Positions 1 through 13,165 are shown, numbered from the stretch's first letter. The stretch: DNA of 64,000 nt from an uncultured Aminicenantes bacterium (GCA_965195285.1 CBDAFS010000039.1:32001-96000), one strand, 5' to 3'. Made by a program: numbers and translations. The notes: generated by a model not told the origin, from the letters alone.

Positions 1-138
1 AATATTTCCGCAGTACTATCCGTAGAACCATCATTAATGATTATAAATTCGAAGTCTGTAAAAGTTTGCTCCAGGATACTATTAATGGCTTCTTTGAGAA
101 AGCTCTCACAATTATAAACTGGCATTAAAACAGTAACT

Positions 139-152
<14 letters not shown>
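1..152 (-). CDS. Glycosyltransferase family 2, N-terminus (runs off window)
   Basis: Hand translation MKNPKVTVLMPVYNCESFLKEAINSILEQTFTDFEFIIINDGSTDSTAEI is a classic GT2 N-terminus; not in ORF track. Confidence 0.9.
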
Positions 153-2006
<1,854 letters not shown>

Positions 2007-2007
<1 letters not shown>

Positions 2008-3854
2008 TAACTTTCCTTTTGTATAAGTTTTTTATCTTTTTTTCTTTTCTCCAAATACCATTCAAAAATTGGAGTATCAACTTGATTTATACTTCTATTA
2101 ATATCACTATCACCACAAACACCGTTAGGATACATACACTTACCTTTTTTTATATCTTCAAACAACTTTTGGGGAATATTTTCCCATATTTTATCAAAAT
2201 TCTCTTTCTTTACATTACCCATCTTCCGATCTTCACTTAATTTAAAATTACAGGGATAAACATCCCCGTTGGGAGCTAAATGGAAAAAAGTCTTACATGC
2301 ATGGCATGGCATAATGCGTTTATTTATTATTGAATCATAAAGATAACATGACTTAATATTTCCTTTATACTTTAAGAAATCTCCATGAACATCTTTAGTA
2401 AATTTAATTTTGTCAATACCAGTATAGCGTTCTAAAATAGGTATTAATTCAGAATTATTTTGAAAAACTAAATCTTCTTCTGTTGTACTAAAACGATCAT
2501 TCATTACAGTCCAACATATATGAACACCTAATCCTTTACTTTTGGCAAAATCTTGGACCCAATCGAAATACTCAACATTATCTCTAAGAAATGTAAAGCT
2601 AAAATCAACATTTGAAGAAAATTCTTTCAATAATTCTGCCGTCCTTACAGTATTTTCAAAACTGCCATTTATACCCCTACTTTTATCATGTATTTTTTTA
2701 GGACCATTTAAACTTACACCAATCAATGCCCATTTTAGATTGGGAGCAAGTGACTTTATTTTTTTAAAAAAATTATATGTCCTATCAGGATCATAGCCAT
2801 TGGTCGTAATGCTAAACTTTGCTTTCTTTAATTTTTTATGAAGCGCTATCACTATTTCAGGAAAATCATTCCTCAATATTGGTTCTCCACCACTAAGAAT
2901 CACTTCATTAACATCTTTTAATAATTTATTATTTGTCAATTTATCTATATCATCAGAAGTAAGCTCCTCTTTTGGTAAGGTTTTATTCTTCCATATATTA
3001 CAAGAAACGCATTTAAAATTACACCGCCATGTCATTGTGTACCTAATACAAGTTATTGCGTCAAGCTTACTATCCTTAATTCTATCTTTTTGAAAAATTC
3101 TTTTTAATAACCTTTTTAATTTCTTCATTTTTGATACTATATTTTTCTGATTTTTTTTATTACCAATATCCTTTTCAAGAACACCCATCAAAATTGTGTG
3201 CCTGTTGTTCAGACAATCCTTTATCAGCACCTTTTCTCTCCAGTAAAAACCATATTTATTCATTAATTTTGAAATGCTAATAACATTAACTTTGTAGGGG
3301 TGCGCACTATCAGCATTTCTTTTCACTACCTTCCAAGAGGTGCCTGTATCCCCAATGTTTATCATAAACCACAATTCTCCGTCAGTTTTAAGAATATTAA
3401 AAATGGTATTGGTGGCAAGTTCGATATCTGAAACATGATCCAATACATTCCAACAGATAACAACATCAGCTTTAATATCAGTTTTATAGGTTTCTATTTC
3501 ACTACAAATATATTTAACATTATCATTAGAAAGATCCCACATTTTTTTATATTCATCTATAAGTGGATCTATTCCGATTGCAGTTGTATTGTTCAAATGG
3601 GAAATTACTGCGGTAGGTCCACAACCAACCTCAATCACAACCTTATTTTTTAGGTCACTAATACTGCGATTTATATACATAAGACAGTATTTTCTGAAAT
3701 AAATATTTGCAATTCTCCATTCATCAGGAGAGAATCCCTTCCATTCATTTTCCCTTATATTTGACCAAAAATCTAATTCTTCGATTTGTTTGGGTTTTAA
3801 ACTACTTACATCCAATTCATCTCTAATTGTTTTTTGTTGCGATTTCTTCAGCAT
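2007..3854 (-). CDS. Methyltransferase + radical SAM/SPASM-twitch fusion protein
   Basis: N-terminal VIEVGCGP, NVLDHV; then CNFKCVSC, SGGEP, ITTNG and C-terminal PC..C...GDVYPC. Confidence 0.85.
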
Positions 3855-3889
3855 ACTTACCTCTTATTATTTTTTTGCTATCACAATAA

Positions 3890-5080
3890 TTATTTTACCT
3901 CATATAAAACCTTTAAAAAATTTTTCCCTCTTGAATGGTCAATCCCTTTAAATTCTACAGGAATTCTCCACCAAAATAAATATCCAACTCTATTTTTGGA
4001 CCATATTGCAATAATTATTTTCGTCATAGAATTATTGATTTGAATATTTTTTATTTCTATTTTTAAAGTATGTTTGCCTTTTTCTAAATTTATTTTTTTA
4101 TTATATGCTTTATTAGTTGCCAGAAAATAAAGTGATCTCTCATTCCCACTGTAAATCCCAGTATCAATGTCTACATCCTCATAATCTATCCGAGATTTAT
4201 ATTTCATAGATATCGAAAAGGAATCGCCAGGGTATAATATTCTCTTGTCTATTTCGACATCAAAAAAGTTAATTTTTTCATTACCGCTACAAATTTTTTC
4301 TATACCTAAATCCCCTTTGCTAATAAATAAATTAGTATATTCCTTAATACCGTCTTCAACACGGTTAAAATATTTAGCCTTGCCATTGTTAAAAAAAATA
4401 ACCTTTTCTGTAAAAGTTGAAATTATGTGCATATTATGGGAGACTAATATAGCTGTTGTTCCATTTTTTTTGAGTTCGCCGATTTTATTGAAACATTTAA
4501 TTTGAAACCCTTCATCCCCCACCGCCAGCACCTCATCCACCAGCAGTATGTCTGGCTTGCAATGCACAGCCACAGCAAACCCCAGCCTCACAAACATCCC
4601 GCTTGAGTAAAACTTCACAGGCGTATCCAGAAAACCACCAATATCTGCGAACTCAACAATATCATCAAATTTTTTGTCCACCTCTTTTTTTGTCATTCCA
4701 AGAATTGCAGCATTTACATAAATATTCTCTCTTCCAGTTAGCATGGGATGAAAACCAGCTCCTACTTCTATTAAAGCACCAACTCTTCCCTTAATGGTAA
4801 TTTTGCCCTTGTCAGGCCAGAAAATTCCATTCAACATTTTTAACAGAGTTGTTTTACCGGAACCGTTCGGGCCAATAATCCCAAGCACTTCCCCCTTTTT
4901 TAATTCAAAAGAGACCTTTTTAACTGCCCAGAACTCATTTTTCCTTAAACTCTCGGGATGAGAACTCAAGCCTAAAATGTTCCTACCTATATCGGCTATG
5001 CCGTAAAGCATAGATCGTTTTAACGATTTACAATATTTTTTTGCCACATTCTCAACATTTACAGCCAAAATGTTATTCAT
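3890..5080 (-). CDS. wzt: Polysaccharide ABC exporter ATP-binding subunit with C-terminal carbohydrate-binding domain
   Basis: GPNGSGKT, YSSGM, DEVLAVGD; adjacent to wzm. Confidence 0.92.
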   Translation of the reverse strand: MNNILAVNVENVAKKYCKSLKRSMLYGIADIGRNILGLSSHPESLRKNEFWAVKKVSFELKKGEVLGIIGPNGSGKTTLLKMLNGIFWPDKGKITIKGRVGALIEVGAGFHPMLTGRENIYVNAAILGMTKKEVDKKFDDIVEFADIGGFLDTPVKFYSSGMFVRLGFAVAVHCKPDILLVDEVLAVGDEGFQIKCFNKIGELKKNGTTAILVSHNMHIISTFTEKVIFFNNGKAKYFNRVEDGIKEYTNLFISKGDLGIEKICSGNEKINFFDVEIDKRILYPGDSFSISMKYKSRIDYEDVDIDTGIYSGNERSLYFLATNKAYNKKINLEKGKHTLKIEIKNIQINNSMTKIIIAIWSKNRVGYLFWWRIPVEFKGIDHSRGKNFLKVLYEVK

Positions 5081-5081
5081 C

Positions 5082-5930
5082 TTAAATTCTCTCTGCTACC
5101 CTGGTTTCGGTCAGGTGAAAAACAAATAAGCAAAAAATAAAAACAAAAAAAGAAATAATAACGGAAACCCAAAAACCTGGCCATTCCTTCGAGTATCCGG
5201 TTAATATAAGATCCCTTGGCACTGAAACAAGATAAAATAATGGATTATATTTTGTTATTTGAGCCAGAATCCCGGTGGTTGGCTTTGGATATAAGATGGG
5301 TGTTAAAAACATAAAAAACGTCATTAATATTGAAATAATATTTCCAATATCTCTCAAAATACCATTCAAAATTGATAGAATAAAACCAAGGCCAAGGGTT
5401 AAGATAAAGACTGGGAGTATAAGAATCGGAAATAAACATATGGCTGCATGTGGGGAATAACCATAAAATAAAAAAAGAATTCCTGCCAGAACAAATTGAA
5501 TAAGGAAAGATACCAGTGATTGACCTATTGAAGCAATTACCAGTGATTTTTTTGAAAAGTTTATTTTTACAATCATCGATCCGGCCTTCACCAATGAATT
5601 TGAACCTGCAATAAGTCCTGAGGCAAACACCTGCCATATAGCAATTCCTAACACCGCAAAAATAGGATAGGGTACATCAATTTTCCCAAGGTTGAATATA
5701 CCAGACCGATTAAGCATAATAAAAGTTCCTACACTAATAAGAGGAATTACAAAAGCCCATAAAACCCCGATAAATGATTGTTTATATATGCCCAGGAAAT
5801 CTCTTTTAAAAAGTTGATAGATTAACCAACGGCTTAGTTTTATTTCAGAAACAATCTCTTTAAAAATACAAAAATACCCATTCTTTAAAATATTGTCAGG
5901 TTCATATGTCTTTAATTTATTATTATTCAT
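5082..5930 (-). CDS. wzm: Polysaccharide ABC exporter permease
   Basis: ABC-2 membrane pattern (YKQSFIGVLWAF, RDI, LTPILYP, NP). Confidence 0.9.
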   Translation of the reverse strand: MNNNKLKTYEPDNILKNGYFCIFKEIVSEIKLSRWLIYQLFKRDFLGIYKQSFIGVLWAFVIPLISVGTFIMLNRSGIFNLGKIDVPYPIFAVLGIAIWQVFASGLIAGSNSLVKAGSMIVKINFSKKSLVIASIGQSLVSFLIQFVLAGILFLFYGYSPHAAICLFPILILPVFILTLGLGFILSILNGILRDIGNIISILMTFFMFLTPILYPKPTTGILAQITKYNPLFYLVSVPRDLILTGYSKEWPGFWVSVIISFFVFIFCLFVFHLTETRVAERI

Positions 5931-5986
5931 TAAATTTTAAACTTAGCTTTATATAAATACAGGTTTGTAAAAAAAATATAATCATT

Positions 5987-6937
5987 TTATTTTACTCTAC
6001 TTTTTAACATAAAAAAATCAACTAGATTTGTTATTGCACACTGTCCCATTGCCTCTATGGCTTCTTCAGTATGCCCTCCTATATGAGGAGTACAAATAAG
6101 ATTTTCTGATTCCAAAAACTCTTTGTCTTCTGGAGGTTCCATTTCATAAACATCAATGGCTGAGCCAGCAATAATTCCATTTTTTAAAGCCCATTTTAAA
6201 TCATCCTGTATTACAATTTCTCCTCGAGCAGTATTTATTAAAAAAGCCGATTTTTTCATTGTTTTCAACATGTTTTTATTAACCATATTTCTAGTTAGCT
6301 CTGTCAAGGGAGTATGTATTGTCACTATATCAGCTCTACTAAATATCTGTTCTTTAGAATATTCAATTAATCCTTTCTCTTTGTAATAATTATCTTGGTT
6401 TATGATATCATTCACTAATATTTTGCATTTAAAATATTTTAATAACTCCACAATATCCTTCCCAATATTGCCAACCCCAATAATTCCGATTGTTTTCCCG
6501 GTCAACTCGTGACCACCCTTCCGGTTCCACCGCCCTTCTCTGAGCTCATCCGATGCCTGATAAAAATCTCTCATGAGGCAAATCATGAATCCCAGGGTAA
6601 GCTCGGCAACTGACCTCCGGTTAACACCCTTGGAAAACAAAACATCTACTCCATAATCTCGACAGGCCCGAAAATCAATATTATCCAGTCCGACTCCGTA
6701 TTTTGATAAGACTTTTATTTTAGAAGAATTCCGTAATATATTTTCATCTATTCTCTCACGTCCAATGATTGAACCATCCAAATCCTGTAAAAAATCGATT
6801 AAATCATTTTTATCCAGCGGGTATTTGGTTTTATTTAATCTGATCTCGGCAAAATCATGTTTTTCAATTGCTTTTACCAGAAATGGATTCTGGGTAAAAG
6901 CAAAAGGTGTGATCCCAATTCTAATTTTATTTATCAT
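5987..6937 (-). CDS. D-isomer-specific 2-hydroxyacid dehydrogenase (SerA-like), first gene of polysaccharide operon
   Basis: GVGLDNID, GIIGVGNIG, NTARG, DVYEMEP, TPHIGG. Confidence 0.88.
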   Translation of the reverse strand: MINKIRIGITPFAFTQNPFLVKAIEKHDFAEIRLNKTKYPLDKNDLIDFLQDLDGSIIGRERIDENILRNSSKIKVLSKYGVGLDNIDFRACRDYGVDVLFSKGVNRRSVAELTLGFMICLMRDFYQASDELREGRWNRKGGHELTGKTIGIIGVGNIGKDIVELLKYFKCKILVNDIINQDNYYKEKGLIEYSKEQIFSRADIVTIHTPLTELTRNMVNKNMLKTMKKSAFLINTARGEIVIQDDLKWALKNGIIAGSAIDVYEMEPPEDKEFLESENLICTPHIGGHTEEAIEAMGQCAITNLVDFFMLKSRVK

Positions 6938-6949
6938 TTAAACAATAAG

Positions 6950-6957
6950 CTACCGCC
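6950..6957 (-). promoter_or_regulatory. ops-like element GGCGGTAG
   Basis: Exact ops core in the 5' leader of a long polysaccharide operon, within an AT-rich intergenic region. Confidence 0.55.
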
Positions 6958-7016
6958 GCTGATAGTTTGCATACCTACAAATAATATCACGATAGCATCA
7001 ATAATAAATCACTTTC

Positions 7017-7044
7017 AATATAGCATATCTGGTTTTTTTTTCAA
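7017..7044 (-). promoter_or_regulatory. Sigma70-type promoter of polysaccharide operon
   Basis: TTGAAA-N16-TATATT with extended TG. Confidence 0.45.
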
Positions 7045-7077
7045 GAGACTGGTTCAGTGGGAAACAGGCTCGGCAGG

Positions 7078-7416
7078 CTATTTCTTCCCACCCTTCTCCT
7101 TTTGATTCTTTTTATCCTTTACAATAACCACGACCTTCTCGTTTTTCTTCATCAACCACAATTTTTCCCTGGCTTTCTTCTCAAGTGCCAGGGGATTATT
7201 TTTTAGTTCCCGGATCTCCTGCTCCAACTGTACTTTTTCCTGCTCAAGCCCTTCGATTTTTTCCTCTAAATCTTTTATTTTGGTCTGAGTAGTAATGATC
7301 TCAATAATGCCCCCCTCGCCGAAAAAAAAAGTGAGAATAATGATTAATATAAGCAGGGCAATCAGCATTAAAAATCCTTTTGAAGTTAAAAATTTCCTTG
7401 TCTTGTTTTTATTCAA
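7078..7416 (-). CDS. ftsB: Septum formation initiator (FtsB/DivIC)
   Basis: Single TM, coiled coil, LEKKAREKLWLMKKNEKV motif. Confidence 0.8.
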   Translation of the reverse strand: MNKNKTRKFLTSKGFLMLIALLILIIILTFFFGEGGIIEIITTQTKIKDLEEKIEGLEQEKVQLEQEIRELKNNPLALEKKAREKLWLMKKNEKVVVIVKDKKNQKEKGGKK

Positions 7417-8818
7417 TCAACTGCCTCCCCATTTTAATCAATTCAGTGGTCCTTTGCTTCAGGGGTGATTCGGCATAGATACGGAGTAAATGATTGGTAC
7501 CGGATTCTCGCAATAAAAGCCAGGATTTTTGAAATATAAATTTGATGCCGTCATCAAATAATATCTCTTTCGGTTTTAAACCATTTACATTAAAATCCCT
7601 GTGTTTCAACAGATTCAGGAATTTCTTCTTTCTGGACTCATTAACCCTGACCGAAATCTCCTTGCTATATAGCTTTGAAAATTTGAGTGAAAAATTCTTC
7701 AGGATCTTATCCATGTCCAACTTATAATAAGCCAGCATCTCGGTTACCAATAAGTTAAAAAGAATGCCATCTTTAATGTTGATTCCCTTATTCAGGGAAG
7801 CCCCATTAGAACTTTCTACTCCAATAAATGTTTTTCTTTTGGAAAGCATATCTGCCACATATTTGAATCCCACCGGGGTTGTATAGACTTTTCGAAAATA
7901 ATAATTGGCAACCCTCTGAATATAGTCTGTGGTGGATATCGATTTGACAATACCGCCCTCCATTTTCCTGATGGTTATCAGGTATTCAATCAGCGGGGGA
8001 ACAATCATGTTGGCATTGATATACTTTCCTTTGGCATTGACAATACCGAACCGATCCCCATCAATATCCGTGGCCACTCCGATATCGGCCTTTTTTTCAC
8101 ACACCAGCTCAGAGAGTTCTCTTAAATTCTCACTGTTGCACGATGGAATAACCGCACCAAAAGACGAATAGGGAAAATTATGAATACTCTCAATTTCAAT
8201 ATCATTTTTGCTCAACACATAATCCAAATATTCCCTGGAAGCGCCATATAAATTGTCCACAACGATCACCACACCTGAATCTCGTATTAAATTAAAATCA
8301 ATTATGCTTTCAATATAATCAATATAAGGACTTCTGAGATCGATAGTTTCAATTAGCTCTTTGTTTGCATATTGGGGTCTGAAATGAAAACCGTGCTGAA
8401 TCTTCTCCACTTCCTTTTCTATCTGATTGGTTTCTGATGGCATTGCAGGGGCCCCATTATGGTTGAAAACCTTAATCCCATTGTATACTGGTTTGTTATA
8501 GCTGGCCGTAAAGTTGATGGCACCGCAACACCGGTAGCTAACGGTCCCCAGGGAAATAGCAGGGAGCGGGGCATCCCGGATGGAAAAATAAGTTTTTACG
8601 CCGAACAATGATAACATTTTCGCGGTTTCGGAGGCGAATTGCCTGGATAAAAATCGGGTATCATAGTTGACGATGATTTTCAGTTCTTTTCCGGGATATC
8701 TTTTTTTCAGGTAATTAAAATAGGCCTGGGTGAAAATTCTCACATTTTTAAAGGAGAATTCCCGTCCCATTCTGGCTCGCCAGCCATCGGTTCCGAATTT
8801 GATCACTCCCATACTCAA
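7409..8818 (-). CDS. Phosphoglucomutase/phosphomannomutase family
   Basis: FGTDGWR, TASYN (variant of TASHN), DIDGDR, RESGT. Confidence 0.88.
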   Translation of the reverse strand: MSMGVIKFGTDGWRARMGREFSFKNVRIFTQAYFNYLKKRYPGKELKIIVNYDTRFLSRQFASETAKMLSLFGVKTYFSIRDAPLPAISLGTVSYRCCGAINFTASYNKPVYNGIKVFNHNGAPAMPSETNQIEKEVEKIQHGFHFRPQYANKELIETIDLRSPYIDYIESIIDFNLIRDSGVVIVVDNLYGASREYLDYVLSKNDIEIESIHNFPYSSFGAVIPSCNSENLRELSELVCEKKADIGVATDIDGDRFGIVNAKGKYINANMIVPPLIEYLITIRKMEGGIVKSISTTDYIQRVANYYFRKVYTTPVGFKYVADMLSKRKTFIGVESSNGASLNKGINIKDGILFNLLVTEMLAYYKLDMDKILKNFSLKFSKLYSKEISVRVNESRKKKFLNLLKHRDFNVNGLKPKEILFDDGIKFIFQKSWLLLRESGTNHLLRIYAESPLKQRTTELIKMGRQLIE

Positions 8819-8907
8819 TAGATAGTATAAAACCTGAAATTTATCAATTTTACTGCAATTAAGCGGTATTTCGGTTAATACAACAGGGTATTAAACCTTT
8901 TCATTCA

Positions 8908-10239
8908 TCAAAAAGGAATAAAGGAATTCCATCCGTTGGGTAATATTTTGGCCACATCATTCAACAAAACAAACACCATCAGGGCAATGAGTATAATAAA
9001 TCCGGTGTTGATCAAAATGGCTTTTACCTTCTGGTTCAATTCTTTTCGAATGACCGCTTCAATCGAATAAATCATCAAATGCCCGCCATCAAGAGCCGGA
9101 ATTGGAAAAAGATTGATGATTCCCAATTGGAGGGAAATAAAGGCAATTAAAATAAAAAAATTGGATAAACCGCTTTCCATGGCTTTTTGAGAAAACTTGG
9201 CAATTTCAATGGGTCCGGATAAATTCTTGGGTGACAGCTTACCCACCAACATTTTCTTAAAAGCATTGAAAGTCAGAAAGGTCAGATTGCTCAACTCATC
9301 AACACTTTTGCGCATGGATTCAAAGAAACCATAATTGACAGTCACAGTGGGTGAATGAGGTGTCATCTCAATACCGATGACGCCTTTCTTCTGTACCTTT
9401 TTAGGTGTGATATTAAAATCCAGAATATCCTGATCGCGTTTTACGGTAAATATCAGCAGCTGGTTTGGATTTGAGGCAATAACCTTTCCGATTTCAAAAT
9501 AGTTTAAATTCTGTCTGTTGATGGCCAGAATCACGTCCCCCTTTTTCAATCCGGCATTAATTGCAGGTTCGCTTGGGTTCAGGGTACGAATCTCTGTTTT
9601 ATGATCCCAGTATAATCCGGCATATCCAATATTATATTTGGAGTGGGACTCAATTTCTAACTTGAGGAATAGTTGCTTTCGGTTCCGCTCGACAACCACA
9701 TCAAGAATCTCATTGGGATTGGCCCCTATATTCATTTCCAGTTCTTTCCAATTATTGATCTTTCTTTGACCGACAGAGACTATAATATCACCTTTTTTTA
9801 TTCCCGCTTTAGCTGCAGGAGATTCTTTCTCAACAAATCCGATTCGTGGAGGCTCGAACTTATATTGTTCTGCCTCAATTCCGCTGATATTGATAACAGT
9901 CAGTATAAAAAAAGATAACAGTATATTCATGGCCGGTCCCATGATCAGGATAAATATCTTTTGGGCGCGGTTTTTGGACTGGAATTCATGCGGCTTCAGC
10001 TCTTCTGAATCATATTCCTCCTCTCCAGCCATTTTCACAAATCCCCCTAAAGGGATTAAACTCAGTCTGAAATCCGTATGGCCAATTTTTTTCCCGAACA
10101 GGCGTTTTCCGATTCCGAAAGAAAAAACGTCAACTCTTACTTTCATTAAAATCGCTGCTAAATAATGACCCAGTTCATGTACAAATACAATAATACCCAG
10201 CACAATGGCAAAAGCTAAAATTTGGTATAAAACAATCAT
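8908..10239 (-). CDS. rseP: RIP metalloprotease RseP
   Basis: HELGH, two PDZ domains, NLFPIPALDGGH; dxr-cdsA-uppS synteny. Confidence 0.95.
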   Translation of the reverse strand: MIVLYQILAFAIVLGIIVFVHELGHYLAAILMKVRVDVFSFGIGKRLFGKKIGHTDFRLSLIPLGGFVKMAGEEEYDSEELKPHEFQSKNRAQKIFILIMGPAMNILLSFFILTVINISGIEAEQYKFEPPRIGFVEKESPAAKAGIKKGDIIVSVGQRKINNWKELEMNIGANPNEILDVVVERNRKQLFLKLEIESHSKYNIGYAGLYWDHKTEIRTLNPSEPAINAGLKKGDVILAINRQNLNYFEIGKVIASNPNQLLIFTVKRDQDILDFNITPKKVQKKGVIGIEMTPHSPTVTVNYGFFESMRKSVDELSNLTFLTFNAFKKMLVGKLSPKNLSGPIEIAKFSQKAMESGLSNFFILIAFISLQLGIINLFPIPALDGGHLMIYSIEAVIRKELNQKVKAILINTGFIILIALMVFVLLNDVAKILPNGWNSFIPF

Positions 10240-11399
10240 TTTGGTTTTCTCCGCTTAATATAATTTGTAGTCTTATTCTTGGTATCCTTAATGGTTTCAT
10301 CTAAATCATCGAGGGAATGGATGGGATAAAACTTTTCACCGTGAAGAATAGTTTCTACCACATCAAATATATCATTGAAAGATATCTCTTCCTTTAAAAA
10401 ATACTCCGCTGCAACTTCATTGGCTGCATTGAATACCGCTCCTGCATTTTTTTTCATTTCCAGTACATAATAGGCCAATTCAATAGACCTGAACTTATCC
10501 GTATCAACCGGATAGAAGTCAAATTTCTTTAAATCACTCAGATTCAAACCTTTACTTTCGAAAAATATCCTCTCCGGATAACTTAAAGAATATAAAATCG
10601 GAATTCTCATATCTGGCCAGCTTAATTGAGCGATCAGGGAAGAATCAATAAATTCAACCATTGAATGCACAATGCTCTGCGGATGAATGACCACATCAAT
10701 TTGATCTTTATTCAAATTAAATAGATAATGAGTCTCAATAATTTCCAAGGCCTTATTCATCAAGGTTGCCGAATCCAGTGTGATTTTTGTACCCATAGAC
10801 CAGGTGGGATGGGTCAGAGCCTCTTTTACGCTGATCTGAGAAAATTCCCGTTTACTTCTTCTGAAAAAAGGACCCCCCGAAGCAGTCAGTATGACTCTTT
10901 TCAAATATTCTTTTTTATTGACCCCGATACTCTGAAAAATAGCACTTTGTTCGCTGTCGATTGGGATCAGCTCTGCCCGGGACCGACTCAATTCAAAATT
11001 TATCAACTCTCCGGCAGCCACCAGTGTTTCCTTGTTGGCCAGGCAAATCCGCTGGTTGTTTCGAATGGAAATTATGGTAGCAGCCAGTGACGACGTTCCG
11101 CTAATGGCCGAGATTACCGTATCAATCCCATTGTCCGATACAATTTCTTCGATGCCATGATCTCCATAATAAAATTTTTTATCCGGGAAAAGGTTTTCTA
11201 ATCGATCGGCATCATTTTTATACTTGACACTGATTCGATCCGGGTTGAAAAATTTAATTTGCTCCTGTAATAATTTGATGTTCTCACCGGCAGCAATAGC
11301 AACCAGCCGGAACCGATCCCGGTTGGCATCGATGACGTCCAGTGAATTCCTTCCGATTGAACCGGTGGATCCCAACAGGGCGATATTTTTTAATTTCAT
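10236..11399 (-). CDS. dxr: 1-deoxy-D-xylulose-5-phosphate reductoisomerase
   Basis: LGSTGSIG, LANKE, PIDSE, LTASGGPF, HPTWSMG. Confidence 0.97.
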   Translation of the reverse strand: MKLKNIALLGSTGSIGRNSLDVIDANRDRFRLVAIAAGENIKLLQEQIKFFNPDRISVKYKNDADRLENLFPDKKFYYGDHGIEEIVSDNGIDTVISAISGTSSLAATIISIRNNQRICLANKETLVAAGELINFELSRSRAELIPIDSEQSAIFQSIGVNKKEYLKRVILTASGGPFFRRSKREFSQISVKEALTHPTWSMGTKITLDSATLMNKALEIIETHYLFNLNKDQIDVVIHPQSIVHSMVEFIDSSLIAQLSWPDMRIPILYSLSYPERIFFESKGLNLSDLKKFDFYPVDTDKFRSIELAYYVLEMKKNAGAVFNAANEVAAEYFLKEEISFNDIFDVVETILHGEKFYPIHSLDDLDETIKDTKNKTTNYIKRRKPK

Positions 11400-11432
11400 A
11401 TCCTTACAATTTGTTGATTTCAGTATTCCCGA

Positions 11433-12236
11433 TTATGCATTCCAAAAAAATAAAATGAGATAATACAGCAATGGAGAACAAAAAATATAACTATCCAAAC
11501 GGTCAAGAAAACCACCATGACCCGGTAATATGGCGCCGGAATCCTTTTGATTGGCGGCTCTCTTAAACAGGGATTCAATCGGATCTGAAAGCTGAGAAAA
11601 CAGGGCAATCAGGCCTCCGGTTAAAATTGCCTTCCAAATTTCAACCTCGACTGGAAAAATCAACATGGCCAGCCAGCCGGCCGGAGCAGCTGTAAGTATG
11701 GCAGCAATCAAACCCTCCAAGGTTTTTTTCGGGGATGCAACCGGGTATATTGAGTGTTTGCCCACCCACCTGCCAATGAAATAGGCTCCCGAATCACCAA
11801 TCAAAATGACAAAAATCAGAAAAAAAAGATAATTGACTCCCAATTCTCTTAATTTAAAAATAAAGTACAGGGGGATGTAAATATAAAAAACAGTTAAAAA
11901 ATGGATTCCAATATCCTTGATAAAAGCGGATAACTCCTCTGATTTTCTGACAGAAAATAAAAAAAACAGACCGAATCCAAAAACAATCCCCATTATAGAC
12001 ATCATCAAATCAGGTTGGTTGAAAGTGAAATGTGATGCAATAATCGAACCAAAAATAAATATCAACAACAGGGAATAGGTTTTGGGCTTGCATAGTTTTA
12101 TGAATTCATAGGCCACTATACTGAAGATCAAATAGAGAAACAGGGAAAACAACAAAGAAGGAAGAAATTTTATGCAAACAAAAATAATGGGAATAATAAC
12201 CATAGCGGTTAGTGTGCGAACTGAAGTTTCCTTCAT
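11433..12236 (-). CDS. cdsA: Phosphatidate cytidylyltransferase
   Basis: SPKKTLEG, KDSGAILPGHGGFLDRLDS. Confidence 0.96.
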   Translation of the reverse strand: MKETSVRTLTAMVIIPIIFVCIKFLPSLLFSLFLYLIFSIVAYEFIKLCKPKTYSLLLIFIFGSIIASHFTFNQPDLMMSIMGIVFGFGLFFLFSVRKSEELSAFIKDIGIHFLTVFYIYIPLYFIFKLRELGVNYLFFLIFVILIGDSGAYFIGRWVGKHSIYPVASPKKTLEGLIAAILTAAPAGWLAMLIFPVEVEIWKAILTGGLIALFSQLSDPIESLFKRAANQKDSGAILPGHGGFLDRLDSYIFCSPLLYYLILFFWNA

Positions 12237-12991
12237 ATGGCTCCGAACCTCCTTCCCCTTTCCTGATATTCTTTTATTGCCTTTAAATAATCATAAACTT
12301 TGAAATCAGGCCAGAGTGTCTGGGTAAAATACAATTCTGAATAGGCAATTTGATATAATAAAAAATTTGAAATTCGTAGTTCGCCTGAAGTTCTGATCAA
12401 TAAATCCGGATCAGGGCAGTCATGGGTATTCAGGTAGTTTTCAAAAAGTTTCTCATTGATATCGGAAGCAGAAACATTATCAATAATAATCTTTCTAACT
12501 GCATTGATAATCTCATTTCGTGCCCCATAACTTAAAGCCAGGTTAATCTGCAGGTTTTTATAATGGCCTGACATTTTTTCGGTTTCCAATAATTTTTTCC
12601 TCAAACGAGGCGGTATTTTCCCCAAATCACCTATAGTTTTCAGTTTAATCTTGTTTTCACTCAGAATCCCACTTTTCTCAGCCAAGTTTTTATATAGCAA
12701 ATCCATCAGTTTATTTACTTCCCTTGGCGGACGTTTCCAGTTTTCACTCGAAAACACAAATAGGGTCAGATATTTAATCCCGATCCGGGAGGAACACTCG
12801 GCAATAATCCGGGCGGATTTTGCCCCTTCCAAATGTCCTTCGATTCTGTTCAGTTTTCGTTTTTTAGCCCAGCGTCCGTTCCCATCCATGATGATGGCCA
12901 CATGCCGGGGGAGTTTTCTTTTATTAATTTTCAGGAGCAGATCTTCTTCTCTACTGCCTTCCTTAACAAAAAATTTAAAACGGTTCTGCAT
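12233..12991 (-). CDS. uppS: Undecaprenyl diphosphate synthase (cis-prenyltransferase)
   Basis: HVAIIMDGNGRW, FSSENW, RTSGELRISNF; start chosen at MQNRF. Confidence 0.96.
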   Translation of the reverse strand: MQNRFKFFVKEGSREEDLLLKINKRKLPRHVAIIMDGNGRWAKKRKLNRIEGHLEGAKSARIIAECSSRIGIKYLTLFVFSSENWKRPPREVNKLMDLLYKNLAEKSGILSENKIKLKTIGDLGKIPPRLRKKLLETEKMSGHYKNLQINLALSYGARNEIINAVRKIIIDNVSASDINEKLFENYLNTHDCPDPDLLIRTSGELRISNFLLYQIAYSELYFTQTLWPDFKVYDYLKAIKEYQERGRRFGAI

Positions 12992-13165
12992 CCAAAAATT
13001 ATATGTTTTCACCCTGGCTTTGTCAACACCATTCAACCGACACCATGAGCGGTTTGGCAAACCTGATTTTCCATTCTACAAATAAAATGTAAATTAATGC
13101 AGGATGAAGCAATGATTAAAAAATTTGACAAATTTAAATATCTTATATAAAATGTTATTAATCAT

